A stretch of DNA of 64,000 nucleotides from Haliotis rubra (taxonomy: Eukaryota): positions 558,001 through 622,000 of the forward strand of contig NW_025767120.1 in assembly GCF_003918875.1 (NCBI RefSeq), written 5' to 3'. The notes under the pieces are model-generated. The model was not told the origin of the DNA and searched no databases. It saw only the letters and a program-made list of their open reading frames with translations. Made by a program: the position numbers and the translations under genes. Each line of letters starts with the position of its first letter. Position 1 is the first letter of the stretch. Positions 34,401 to 49,400 of this stretch are shown here, one piece after another.

Positions 34401-37400
34401 GAGTCCATGAATGATCGATAAATTTCAAATGTGAGTCACACAATGTCCGCAAGTACTTTATGACCAGCTAACATCAAATGTGACATAAACTGTAGTTCAA
34501 CTCAAACCTTTAAACTGGAGGCAGTAAGCTGGAGACAAACTTAATGACAAAGGCACAGTAAGTGTCGTGCTTGGTTAATCCACTGTGTGATAGTGCACGA
34601 GGTGATAGTGGCTGTGGCAGAAAACTCCTGTAGTAAGCTGAAATGGAGATTTAGGCAGACTGAAGTGTGAAGTATATAATGTTTAAAACATATTTGACTA
34701 GACGATTAATTCAGTTAAAGCTTGAGAGTATAAACACACTGAACTTCTCTCTCTCTCACTCTCACACACATACACACATATATATTATTCCTATATGGGA
34801 TTTGCAAAGACAGGCTATTCTGGGGTTGTCAGACATCACTTTAATCTGGAGGCACATTCAAAAGGAAATTATTAAAACAGACAAATAAGGCTCACAGATG
34901 TGAATACATGCCTTGATTTTATTTAATATGTTTAGATTGTGAGCTAACAAAACATCGTCTTTGTCTAGCAAGTAAATGGTTCACCATTTACGAAATTGTT
35001 TCATTTGCCATTTACATGTAAAGTGAGAGGTCAGAAAAACACCCCTTTTGATAATTTTGAGGAAATTTCACACTATACACACACGGGAATACAATAAATA
35101 GCGAGTCATAAGGAATGCCTGAACCAGATACTTCCCACTGGAACAGCATACTGCACTCATGGGTACGTTATGGTAGACCAGAGGCTTCTGAGATCGTTCC
35201 TTCCTGAAAGCCGATGACAACCCGGCACCAATGGGTATTCATTTCAACCATTCATGCAGGTGCCAGACAGCAACTCTCACAACCTCAACCACCACTGGCG
35301 AGTCTGTTATGACATTCCAGCAACGTTTTAGCATATATACCGAGACAGTCAATCCTGATGGCAGAAAATCATCGTCTCCTGTAGTCAAGACAACCAGTCA
35401 ATGGACAACTTCCCTCTTCATCAATGACTCATAGATCCAATCTTCGCCGATCTGATGGCTCATCCAGGTGAACGTTAAGTTATGCTATGTATTTCTGGAT
35501 GCGAGATGACAGCGTTATGATCTGGAGTGAAATAAAGTTTACAGGGAAGACTCCAACGGTTGTGATTGATGGTCATTTGAATGAAGGGGCGGCGTAAAAC
35601 TAAACTCACTCACTCACTTGAATGAAGGGAGATAACGGGAAGAAATTTCGTAAACGGCTTTTTCACTTTCGTTTACAGCAGAACGACATGGAATGTCATT
35701 CCAGGGCGAAACCGAAGGATAGACCTAGTCTATCAACAATCGAACATGCCAGAGATAAGATGGTAAGACGTCAGAATCCTTCCTGTGATATGGAATGCCA
35801 TTTCTCAGTCCTTTCTTCAACGTCTAGCGGCTTCAGTTAGGTGGCTGGCCTGCATCGATGCGCATTGCGGACACCACCATAACTGACTATGAACTTCCCT
35901 CTGAACCTTCCTTGTGTAAGGAGCGTGAGGAGCGCTCTATATATTGCTGGTTACGAGACATCGCTCACTTCATATACTAAACTTTTATCAACACCGGTCG
36001 CTGTTTTAACTAATTCTCTGTTTGTCCTGATAACTTGGCTTACGTGTTCATATTTTTGTCTTTAGGAACATTTAACAAGATACATATGTTAACCAAACGG
36101 TGTTGTGTATAAGGCCTTGTGAGATGCAGCAATAATCGCCGAAACATAATGTAATAAATAACATAGGATACAGTCAGTCCATGCTATAACGTTGATTTCA
36201 CGAAAGCTGTAAACGTCCAAGACCTGTTTTTCAAAACTACGCTGACGCACCACGAACTTCCTGTATTACTGTCGACGCAGGGTTCAACCCAATTCACTCA
36301 CTTTGACAAATGTTCCTGTTATTTTTGTTTTGAATCAGTTTTGCTTTATATATGTGTGGAAATTAACCACTTAACTCGGGTAACGTGTAACTAACAGATG
36401 TCATCACTGTATGTGCATCCGAACCACAACAGTGCATCGCAAATCTATATTTGCCCCCGAGAATATGGTTTAATGTAGTCAAGCTCATATCCAAAAATAT
36501 CTATAACACGACAAGTGTGTATGGTTGAAGTGAAGTTGATTAAAGTGCGTCGGTAGTATTGCGATATAAAACGACCCTCAGAAATAGAAGGCTCTCACAC
36601 CCGGACTGCCATCTTGGTTTCTTCAAAGGAGTGTTATCTGAAAATAGTGTTTTGTTCAAACACATCTTGTCACCAGTATCTATAAACACGCTGTATTTCC
36701 TCTGCCAAAGGCCAACTAGACCATGAACATCCTCCTTCACTCGTGTAATAAACTCGACATACATGTAGCAGCGTTTTTAGTGAGGCTCGGACCCTCTTAA
36801 ATTTCCATTGTCTGTGGATCTTCTGTGTTGAGGATGATATCATGGATTTCATTTCATGGATTTTCTTAATCACGAAACCCGATACATATACTAATAACCA
36901 TATTGCCCCTTTCTTATGGAAAGACGATGAAAGAGAAACCACTTGCACGTGACATTAACGTCGTTTGCTTGTGCTGTGCACATATTTGCTTAACATAACA
37001 CCGCTACGTTCACCGTGACCTCTACGTTCGTAAACACCAGTCAAAGCAGATTTATTTATCATATTCTGTGGTTCAAGGTGACATTATGCATGCTGTTATA
37101 TGATGGTTTTATGCAAGCCTCATCAATCAGTATTGAATTGTTAATACCACGCGACAATGGCCGCGGACCAACATAGTCATTTTGAGGTGTGGCTCCATGC
37201 AAATGTTGAGTTATTGATGATTGAGAACAGAGATGATTCCATGAACTGAAGTGCTTAGCTACAGATTCTATGCTTCCCTTGGTGACACATGTGTAGCGTC
37301 ACTGGCCTTTATGCCGGGTATCACAATACCGGATCAACGTTTCGCCAGAACCTGCTATTGGCTTTCAGGTTGTGTTCACTGAATAACAAGGTGTGGTCAC

Positions 37401-40400
37401 GTGACAGGATACGAGCATCTGTTGGCGTCAATGACTTGGCAAAATCTTTATTTTCAATGCATAAAATATTCCCTTGATGCTCTTTGCGGGACTTTTTCGC
37501 AATGAAAGATGGCCATTGCATATAACACGTAGCACGTCGAGGCACAACATAAAAGCACACCTTGGTAGACCACACGTGAAAGCTATCTGAAAATACTTTT
37601 ATGTTTTGGTGTATAATAAGTGTGTACTATATATCTTAATCGGGATTGCATGGGACACATTTGCATACTAGTATCCTGTAAATTCCACTGGAATTAACTT
37701 CAACAGGTACATGCTGGTTACAATATTTTGATCTTCTGAATGTGACCATGCACAACGGCTGTTTTGTGTGACGCAGTCACTGTACTGCTGACCCCGTCGC
37801 AAAAAAAAAACACACACACACACACACACACAGACAGACAGACAGACAGAGGGTTCCATATACAGGGAGTAAAACTGTAAGGAATCGTTCACTTACATCA
37901 AGATGATAAAGTTCGAACCAAAGGGTCCAGACAGGCCCCACTATTTCGAGGCAGTAAGTTTCATCTTATCAGACGTTTAACCCGTCCCAATATTTACCTT
38001 CATATACAATGGCCCCTAGGGTTTAACCAAACTTTGATGGCGCTTTTATGCGTCGGCTGCTGAATTAATCATGTTTGTTGGAGTTGGGTTATATTTGTTC
38101 ATCGCTGACCTTGGCTGTAAACCCTGTATAGTCATCTTGTGGCAGCGTGTAAACCTACTGTAAGGGACAAAGAGAAGGAGCGTTGCAGGAATATACAAAC
38201 AAACTGTCGTACAAGGGGATAGAAGGTTTATAGTCCCCATCATTACCATCTCAATCCACCTGGTACTGCTGTTTGAACGGGGCCGATTGTGGAAAGGCCT
38301 CTCAGTTGAGAGACACCTCATGGAATCATTCCTTTGATATTAACATTTCGGATTTGTTGATAACTGCTTTTTGCTAATGAAATTGACATGATGACTTATT
38401 TTCCAGAATAGAGTTCTAAGTAACCGCGCTTTCTTTCCACCATATTATCTTAAAGAATAAGGACGCAGCTAATCACTGTCAATATTCACCTTGACCGATT
38501 TTACATTCTGAAGTTGATATCAGCGAAAAATACAAACCTATCAAGAAAACATTAACTCTTAACATGTTTTCATTGTTGATTTTAGGTCGGTTAGGTAGTT
38601 TAGTCTCTAGTTCGATAACATGGGTAACACTGAAAAGCCAATTTCTAGTGTCTTCCGCCGTGATGGTACTGAAAAACTGCTATCCCTGTAATGACAAGGA
38701 TTTCGAAAATCAACTTCAACGTGTTTTTTTGTATTTGATTTCTGGACAGTTGTAAGACAAATGACTCAGAAATCAGTTCAGGGCGTGTCTTGACTGATAT
38801 AAAGCATCTTCCCTGCAAGAGTTATAGTTAGGCGTTTCAATTTACTGTGTATCGTTAGGAGCGCCAGAAACATAGTCCTAGGTTCGGTTCGACCCTGATA
38901 ATATCTCTGTAAGAATTATACCTGCCTGCAGTACTTTGGGCTTTCAAACCTGAACAGGCGTCAAACCTACCTCACTCACTCACTATGTATTATTTTCTCA
39001 GTGACCCTGACGTCATGTGACCCGGTCGATCAGGGGGAGCTGCACGTGATACATAAACGTCAGGCCCCAGGGGAGCGGCCCAGCTGTCAGACGGGAGCGG
39101 TAACTATGTTATGAATAATCTTTATACATGTTTTATGTTGAGTGGACAGAGCATCCCAATGCTGTCTTGACATTAACACCAAACGAATTTTAATCTGTCT
39201 AACTACGTTTTGGTCATCTCCAGCTCAGTCTCCATCTCCATGTCTGAATATTCAGCTTATCTCAGTCTGAATTTCTGAATTCCTTGCTTTCCTCAGTCTC
39301 CATTTCTGAAGCTGCAGCTTATCTCAGTCTCCATTTCTGAATCCCTTGCTCTTCTCAGTCTCCATTTCTGAATCCCTTCCTCTTCTCAGTCTCCATTTCT
39401 GAATCTTCAGCTTTCTCAGTCTCATTTCGGCAGTCTCCATTTCTGAATCTTCAGCTCTTCTCAGTCCATTTCTGAATCTTCAGCTCTTCTCAGCAGCCAG
39501 CTTTCAGTCTGAATCTTTCAGTCTCCTCCCTTTGCTCTCAGTCTCCATTTCTGAATCTTCAGCTTTCTCAGTCTCCATTTCTGAATCTTCAGCTTTCTCT
39601 GTCTGCATTTCTGAATCTTCAGCTCTTCTCATTTCTGTCTCCTGTCTTCTGAATTTCTGAATCTTCAGCTTTCTCTGTCTCCATTTCTGAATCTTCAGCT
39701 TTCTCAGTCTCCATTTCTGAATCTTCAGCTTTCTCTGTCTCCATTTCTGAATCTTCAGCTTTCTCTGTCTCCATTTCTGAATCTTCAGCTTTCTCTGTCT
39801 CCATCTATTTAATTCCCAATCTTGCAAAAACAAAACAGTTGAAATATACGACTATATGCTGGATCATGACATCGATTTGCTCTTTCTCACTGAAACTTGG
39901 CTAGCTGCCGTCGGTGATGAGTCAAAATGCCATGAAATTACCCCGCCAGGCTACAAACTGTTTAATGTACCTAGACCAAACAGGAGAGGAGGGGGTGTCG
40001 CACTGATCTACAGGAAGGATTTGATTATTGAAAAGTCAAACCTACATACTGACTTTGCTTCATTTGAATATTTGCTTGTCACTGTCACTTGTGGTAAAAA
40101 TCTTTAAAATTGTGTGTCTCTATAGGCCCCACCATCAAGAGTGAATAACGTCACTAACTCAAACTTCTGCGATGAATTTTCTTCACTCTGTGACTTACTA
40201 AGTCCCAAACTTGGATCTTGTGTAATCATGGGTGACTTTAATGTCCATTATGATATCAAACAAAATTCTTAACTAAGCAAGTGCTCAACGTACTGGAATC
40301 CCACAGCCTCAAACAACATGTCAGCTGTTCCACACATCGCTCTGGTCATGTGCTTGACTGGGTTATCTCAGGATTTGATGATCTGGTAACAGACCTAGAA

Positions 40401-43400
40401 GTCAATGATTTGCAGATATCCGATCATTTCATGATCTCCTTCCTTCTGAATTTCCAAAGACCCACTCCGAATACCGAGTTCATCACAGCTCGCAACCTGA
40501 AGAAAATTGACATTGGCATATTCTGTCATGATCTGAGCAATTCAGGTCTGTTTTCTAACACATCTGATGACGTTAACGAGCTATCTGATCTCTTTAACTC
40601 TACTTTGACGGCCGTCTTAGATAAACACGCCCCCGTTAAATTGAAGCAAATGCGTAATCATGAAGCATCACCGTGGTACAACGATCAAGTCCGTGAGGCA
40701 AAGAGGAAGAGACACTTTGCTGAGCGCACATGGCGCATCTCTGGCTTGGAGATCCATAGACAATTGTACAAATGTGCCCGAAACAATGTTGCCAAAGAAA
40801 TCAGGAATGCTCGCGCCCATTACATCAATGAGGAAATTTCTAGGATTGCAGAAAATCCAAAACGTTTACACAGCTCTCTCCACAAGATCCTTGGAAAATC
40901 TAAGGAAGTGTTACTTCCTCATGGCGAGGAAAAGACATTGGCAGAGGATTTCAACACCTTCTTCAATGAGAAGATCACGAAACTACGAGGTGATATTGAT
41001 TCTTCTTCTGAGGATGTTGTATTCGGGGAGCCCATTGGTACCCAGCTCAGTTCATTCCGTCCAGTAACAGAATCTGAGGTCAAGAAAATAATGCTTTCGT
41101 CAAAACCAACTTCATGTGAGCTTGATCCTATCCCGACAAAATTCCTTTTGAAAATACTGGATATCATTCTGCCAATCATTACCAAGATCATCAACCTAAG
41201 TTTATCATCAGGTTGTGTACCATCATGCTTTAAGCGAGCTGTAGTCAAACCACTCATCAAGAAAACCACGCTTGACCCTCAGAGTCTAAAAAAACTATCG
41301 TCCTGTCTCAAATTTGATGTTCATGTCTAAAGTTCTGGAGAAAGTAGTCAAACAACAACTCTCGGATCATCTTTCTGGGCATAACTTGACTGATTGTTAC
41401 CAATCTGCCTACAGGCAGGCTCACAGCACAGAAACTGCTCTAAATTATGTCTTGAACTCTGTCAGATCCGCAGTCGACCATGGTGAATCTGCTTTGCTTG
41501 TCCTCCTGGATTTATCTGCGGCTTTCGACACAATTAACCATGAAATTCTTCTTGAGCGTTTGGTGAAAGAATTTGGTTTGACTAATACAGTTCTTGACTG
41601 GCTAAGATCCTACCTTTCAGACAGAACCCAGTCCATTCACATCGGAACGTCTTCATCATCCAGTCACACCCTAACCTGTGGAGTTCCCCAGGGATCAGTT
41701 CTTGGACCAACTCTTTTCTCCCTGTATACTCAACCGCTCGGAAAACTGATGTCTGCTTATCATGTGCCTCATCATTTCTATGCGGACGACAGCCAATTGT
41801 TTGACAGTTTTAAGTCGTCAGAACAAAGTCAGTTAGAGTGCAAGTCCAACCTTGAAGCATGCCTCTCGAGCACAAGATCCTGGATGTCTGCTAACAAGCT
41901 GAAACTTAACGACTATAAAACAGAAACAATGGTCATCTCCACAATCTCAAGACAACGAAACCTTATCATCAAAGATATCTCCATTGGGCAATCTTCGATT
42001 CCTTTTTCTCCTCTTGTGAAAAACCTTGGCGTTCTTTTGGACTCAAACCTCAGCATGGACAAGCAAATAAATCATCTAGTAAAGACCTGCCACTACCATC
42101 TGAAGAACATCGGCAGCATCCGCAAAGTCCTAACAAAAGAAGCCACTGCCACCCTTGTGCGGACACTGATTTTATCCCGCCTGGATTACTGCAACAGTTT
42201 ACTGTTTGGCATCTCTTCCTCTCAACTCCATCGTCTTCAGAAAATCCAGAACAAAGCTGCACGCATCATCACTCTCACCAGTCCTCGCTGTCACATCTCT
42301 CCCATCCTAAACTCTCTACACTGGCTCCGTATTCGTGAAAGGATTGATTTCAAGATTCTCTGCCTCACCTACCAGTCTTTCTACAACTCAGGACCTTCCT
42401 ACCTTCAAGACCTTCTGACACATTACTCTCCAGAAAGAACCCTGCGCTCATCACAACAACTGTTACTTGCTGTCCCGAGCTACAGTCTCAAATCATTTGG
42501 CTCAAGGACCTTTTCATATGCAGCAGCTTCTCTGTGGAACTCTCTCCCTATCGAGTTAAAATCATCTCCTTCCCTAAGTACATTCAAAACACGACTAAAG
42601 ACTCATCTATTTCTTCGCTACAAGTGACTTCCAATCATCCGTACCTGCCAACTGTATATAGTTTTAACTTGAGCTCAGGAAGCGCTTTGAGCATATCCCT
42701 GTGACGTGGAAAGGCGCTATATAAATGGCCTATTATTATTATTATTATTATTTAAATCCCCGCAAAACAAACCCAAACCCGACAGCCAAAAAGAAAAACA
42801 ACCCCTATACCCTACCCCACCCACACCCACACACACCCAAAAAAACAAAACAAAAAGCAGCAACGACAAAAAACACCCCCACCTTTTGTTGTAACACTCT
42901 ACATGGACTTTAGACAAAATGTTTAAAAGTTCGGGTAATATATATATACGTTTTGTTATGTGAATCACAACATTCTGTATACATTAAACAGACTGTACCA
43001 GCAACAAGGGTAGACACGACCTCCAGATTGCAGGCCATCAGAAGTCTGTTTCCAAATGTTCCTGGGGGTGCTGTGCACGCCTACATCGTCCCAAGCACCG
43101 ACGCACATCAGGTAGGTTCAGGACGCGACAATACAAAAGATGATAAAGTGATGTTACTATCCTGACCTATTCACGCATTGCGCTTTTGAGCGATGAGGTA
43201 CTGTTGAAATACTTACATTTGCAATTTTCGTGGATGATCTTGTACTGTTCATGACTTGTGTGTTGTTTATCAGAGCGAATACCCTGCCGACTACGACCTA
43301 AGGCGGGGCTACATCTCTGGCTTTGGAGGATCAGCAGGTCGGTGGCATTATATTTTGGTTAGGAATTGTCAATTGGTTGATAATGGTGCTCGCACCTTCA

Positions 43401-46400
43401 ACCCCTGGATTTTCTACCCAAGACTCGATCATGTACTGGCCATCGTGATATAATAGAAATATCTCCGGATCTAAACAACTTGGCTCTCCCACTCTTTCTG
43501 TGCCATGTCTAAACCATTGTTCAACAGCCCTGACTGACTGACTGGGCTTGGTTTTACGCCGCTTTTAGCAATATTCCAGCAACATCACGGCGGGTGACAC
43601 CAGAAATGGGCTTCACACATTGTACCCATGTGGGGATTCGAACCCGGTACTTCGGCGTGGCGAACCAACGCTTTAACCATTAGGCTACCCCAGCGCCCCT
43701 CAACAGCTCTGAAGTAAACTGAATTGTTGAGACATCTCCATGACGGCTGGATACAAATCGTGATGTCTTATGCTTCTGCTCCTCATCCATTGTCAGGGAC
43801 GGCTGTGATCCTGACTAACAAGGCTGCGTTATGGACAGACGGACGCTATCATCTGGAGGCGGACGAGAACCTTGACTGTAACTGGACACTCATGAAGCAA
43901 GGTGAGGCGCAATGACCGCAATAGGGTTAACGGTAGGCTGTCTGGTACACTAATACAAAATTGTAAGAAAGTATGGAAGACATTTGCTCCAGGATAGGTG
44001 TAGCTGACCACAGCAGGGTATAATGATACGTTCAGGTGTACATTAATACTCGTCAGTGTGTCAGTCGAAAAAATCCCGGATGTCATCGTATCCCAATTGC
44101 TTAAATCGATGCTCATGATGTCAATCACTGGATAGTCTGGTTGAGACTAGATTAGTTACACACCGCCGTCATATAACTGGAAAATGGCTGATTGTTGCGT
44201 TAAAGCACAAATGCACACAATACACACGCTTGATTGAGATAAAAGACTTGATCGGAAGGTAGTAAGGATTGTAAGTCCATCTGTAGGAGAGAGTAATGGT
44301 ACAATATGGGCTCACTGATTCAATACCAGATGTAGTTACAATAAGATAATGTCGGCTCATGACAGGCGGCCGTGCTAAGTGACGGAGATTTCCCTATCTA
44401 TAGTAGAGCGTAATGGTACAATATGGGCTAACTGATTCAATACCTTATGGAGATACACATAAACAATGTTGGCCATGACAGGCAGTAACTGGAGATGGTC
44501 ATTTGAACGCACCTGTACGATACTGATAGAAAAAACAAACGTCAATGACTGCAGTAGATACATATACTATGGGCCTCACAGATACAATGATACATTGCCC
44601 TGTTCTGGCAGACAGTAGTGACATTGTCTGGGGCTGAAATAGATGCCGGAGTGGTTAGCCACAGTACAAGAAAGGGTGCAGGGAAGCGGTAGAAGAGAGT
44701 AAAACAACAGCACGAATTGTGGATTGGTTTATGTAGTCGAGCGTAATGATCCAGTGTAAGGAGTACGGTACGAGAAGAGGAGTAACTGTTGTGAGATGGG
44801 TGGAACAGTAGAGGCAGTAGAACATAGAGGATACCCAAGCAAAGATGGGCGTAATAGTCATTTAAGCAGCCTGCTCAACTACGCAATGATTCACAAATGT
44901 AATCATGCTATAAGGCGTGCATTTTCGATGAAGGATGGTACATATAAATATACATGTGAAATGGAATTTACAGAACAACGGTTCTTTCGGTTCACTGCAA
45001 TAGCAACGATTCACGTCGCTGGGGCGAAATGTGATAGTATCTTCTGATATGATGAACAAAGGGTGCTAGGACCTGTTCAACGACAGTTATCCCGGAGGTG
45101 GCTGAGACACATCGTTCATACATAAACACTGCCACAGAGAGTTATAAGGGTTACATATGCTCTGAGAGCTACACTTTTCAGCACAGTTTGTAGTCTTTGC
45201 TAGATCTATATGCTAACTTGCCTTCCATTGTTCCAGGAATACCAGGTGTGCCAAGTATAACTGATTGGCTGGTTGACCAGCTGAAGACAACCACCGGGGC
45301 CAGGGTCGGCGCGAGCCCCTTCCTCATGAATGCCCGTATGTACAGACACCTTAGGGGGAGACCTGTCATAAACAAATTACAAGAAAACTACAATACGGAT
45401 AACTGGTTCACAGTAAAGACATTTTAGCATACGCATGTCTGTTATCACTACCTCACGGGGACGCAAACAAGTCAGAACGTCCTTAATCCGTACCTTTATT
45501 GAGGATGCACAATAGCTCCATTTGCCCATTTCGCGCAACGGAACGAATTAGTATGGTGTTCTTGTGGAGCCAACAGTGAGGTTTTTAGCAATATTTAGGC
45601 AATAGCACAGAGGGGCTTCACACAAATGTTGTTTATGTTTAGCGAGCCAGCTACAATAAGAATAATTGCTTTACTGTAAAGGCTAAGATATTTTAATGTA
45701 CGCATGTTTGCTACCACTACCTCTGGAGGTTATACTTCGAGAAAGCCATAACGATTGGAGGATAGTCTTTTATCAATACCTTTATTGAGGATGTGCCATA
45801 GGTCCATTTGGCCATTAGAGTAACGAAAATGAATAAGTATGGTGTTGGTGTTGTTCGCAATATGTTGGCAATAGCACAGAGGGGCTTCACACAAATGTTC
45901 ATGTGTAACCACGAGCCAACGTTTTAATATATAACCACAAGGCTACCTTATAGCCTCCGTCAGGATAAAAAATCTCGGAGATTAACTGATCGAAATACAT
46001 GATGTGTATAAATGTGTGAACCGGACTTCCTCTCCTTTATAAACTCGCTTGTTTAAAGCAATTAACCCAATTACTCGACCCTTCAGGCACCTGGAAGTCA
46101 TATTCTGAGAAGTTCGCTAAGTCAGGGATATCCATGGTAGAGGTGGACAATGACCTGGTTGATCAGGTCTGGACTTCCGGTCGACCTGCACAGCCAAACT
46201 CACCAATCAACGCCCTACCGATGGAATATGCCGGTATGTACATTTATGTTCCTTCATATATTCCCGCAGTCCTTGTTTACAGACACATTGTACATGTAAA
46301 AATACAGATTAAATTTGAAAAGAACCCACGGTTTGGAAAAGATAATATGTTTGGGTGTAATATACTCATGATGATCACTACTTATCCTAATCTTGTCAAC

Positions 46401-49400
46401 ATTGTTATCTTCGGCAGGGAAATCCTGGGACTCTAAGATCGGCGACGTCAGGGGTAAAATGCGTGCCAAGGGAGCTGCTGCTTATATTGTGACCAGCCTG
46501 GATGAGACTGCCTGTGAGCATTTTGTATTGTTACTTGTTATGTTCTTTCGTCTACTGCACTCCAGGGGCCTACCTCCTGTCGGGAGTCTTGGTCAGAATA
46601 GGTTCCTAGCACTGTGTGTAATGTTTGTCGAACGAGGTAACTATACATTCGAGACTGTGCTGATTGGGTGTACCCCGACTTTGTTTGAGGGATGATTTCC
46701 AAAGTGAAGCGCAAACGATGAAATTGTGAAACCAGTAAATAACCACGCAAGGTCATTGAATAATTAACAAGTTGTATTGAAATACGCAATTATAGTGTTA
46801 TAATCACAATTGCAAGAAGCAGTACATAGGCCATATTAGTAACATCAGCAATATATAACAATATTAGTGCACATAGGATTGTTCCACAATTGTAAAAGAC
46901 ATGGATCTTGATCTGATTTTGTTTTCGGCAACAGTGTTGAAAGTTGGAAGGAAGTCAGTGGTTTAAGATATGTCCGCACTGGGCATGTCGTTAACACTCA
47001 AGTCAGATCGTAAACGTATAGCTGTCGTCTCGCTCTTACATAGTTCCTGCCAGCCTTCTACAAAGGGAACTTTAGGAAACTATTGTCGGTTACGTACCCA
47101 TTTTACTGGAAGAGCCGCAAATGAAGTTATGTCTGCTGAATTGATGAAATGAGCGATTAATACACGCGCGCACAATCACAGTAAATGAAGGCATGGCAAT
47201 AGCAGAATGATTTCAGTAATTTAATCCTGTTTCTTCCTGTTTAGGGCTTTTCAACCTTCGTGCTAGCGACATCGCCTACAACCCGTTCTTCATCTCATAT
47301 GCCATTGTTGAGAGCAACAGAGTCAGGTAAGCTATATGGACAACAAGTGAACAGGGGTTGGTCCGTCTGGAATTCGAGGCAGATATTGTGTGACAGCATG
47401 AGCAAGATTCAGACATTTCACCTATCAGTAACAGAAACACTTACTTTATATTCTTAGAAATGGTCATCTCCTAATAAAGTGTGCAAGTTTAGCGCAACTC
47501 TTGCGAACATCATGTTTTCAAACAAACATGCGTCAGAGTGTAGGTATCAACTTGAAGAAAGGTCACGTTATCACGATACATGATACTCATTACGGGGTGT
47601 GTCCATCGAAAATGGCTATGCAACACTTACGACAGATCATTTAGATCAACGATTCAATGGCGTTGTTGGCAACCTTAGTGAGGCTGCTGCACCCTTTTTA
47701 TTTGTCTTTCGTCAAATGGTATATAATAAATTCGAGGTCGTCTGAATTCATGCATGAAATGTCCAATGAGATAAAGATCTCATGGAAATACTGGAGAGGG
47801 TGACACCTTGCCAATCATCTGTGGAATTTAATTAGTGGACACACGAGAGACGAATTGGGCGTTCTCCTGAAATGGAACGACGTCAGTGCTTGGATTACAT
47901 CTTGATAACGTAATATTGTCACTGTGCGATGGGTCAGTTCCTATACAACTCCATGATGCAGAAATATAGTGTTAAAGGTCCTACGGTAAACTAGGAACAG
48001 ACCATCGACGGCACTGAGACCGACTTTCGATTTATTAAAGAAAATCACCCTACCTTCAGAATATCAAAAGGAAGCAATTTTGCTACGAGTTACAGTTTGC
48101 TCAAGGGGAGATAAACACTGATTGGATAAGGGAAGTAAGCGCCGCGTAGGCTAAATCATTTTACATGCCATTTGTAGTATGGATGTCAACTTCATTATTG
48201 TGAATAACACGACGTTTCGGAGTGTATGCTTACTCCTTCACCACCTGGACTCTCACCTGATGATTTGTACAAATCATTTATTCTCAAGCAAAATTTTCAA
48301 AATATAATGACTATGACTGCTATATAATTCTACATTGTGAATATAAAATGTACAACAGTAATCAGTTCTTTTCCAAACTTTTAGATCTTTTTCATATCAA
48401 TGTATCTGTACAAATACAATTACTGCCAGAAGATGAAATGATGTCTCTCTTTGCTGGAGGTGAAATACTGGTTACTAAACACTATTCTATCTTGTCTAAT
48501 TGAGTCTACTGGACTGATCCATTATAAGAACTAGGTATCAGCTTGAGGATTAGTTGTGCGCTGAACCAGAAATGTTGTTTTAATCTGTCTAAGATATGGC
48601 TGTCTAAGTTTTGGGAGGTTACCCATTCATATGATGCATGATATCGACAACTATGTACATATACATCGCAATCGAATACCCATTTCCTGTTTTTATATTT
48701 TTTCACCATCAAATATGGGCGTTTGCTTTATTTGGCTGGCATCTTTTCTACCACTGCAAATAACCTGACCATAAGCCGTTACAACATCACCTAAATAAAT
48801 AATTCTCTTGTGATGTTTTAATCATGTGATGTCAGTTATGATACGCTACCTCCTTTGTCTACAGACTTTACATATTGAACCACGCCGCCAAGTTGACGCA
48901 AGACCCGACGGATGAAGCCACGACAAGCAAACTGTACCAACACCTCAGCAGCGCCATGGACGGCTCATGTACTTCTTCCTCGGGGTCATGTGTGGAGGTA
49001 GGGTGTTTTCGACATGGTGCAATATCATAGATGTATGGGAGGCTATTTGGAGCTGCATGAAATACAGAAATGGGACATTAATTAAATAAAATTAACAGAC
49101 AATAAGTACTCTAATAGGAATTATCCAACTAATAACGTTAAAGACATCAATGGAGTAGCAAAACGATGAGAAAAATGTTTCAAAAACGGTAAAACTTGAA
49201 TACTTAAAGATTGATAAAACAAAAATTATTCATGTTTAAATTAGCACATCTTTCAAGTAGAGTATATGTATGGACCTCATATACAAGGCATACATTTCAT
49301 ACTTGCAATTCATTATAAAGAATCTTGGGTATTCCCAGTTATCTATGCTGGTTTCAAAAGGCGACTTAAAGAATAGGGTGTCAGACCGGATGATTTCAAC

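Noticed and set aside
36540-36948. Minus-strand ORFs (LLVYVSGFVIKKI...) as a nested gene or P-element remnant
   Set aside because: Only a vague motif resemblance, with no supporting exons or terminal repeats; needs a tBLASTn/HMM search.
39504-39833. ORFs METEKAEDSE / WRQRKLKIQK repeats
   Set aside because: Produced by a 30-bp tandem repeat antisense in an intron; no splice or promoter support.
44270-45910. Short diverged direct duplications (44293/44410; 45491/45777)
   Set aside because: Ordinary old local duplications or SINE debris with no additional structure.
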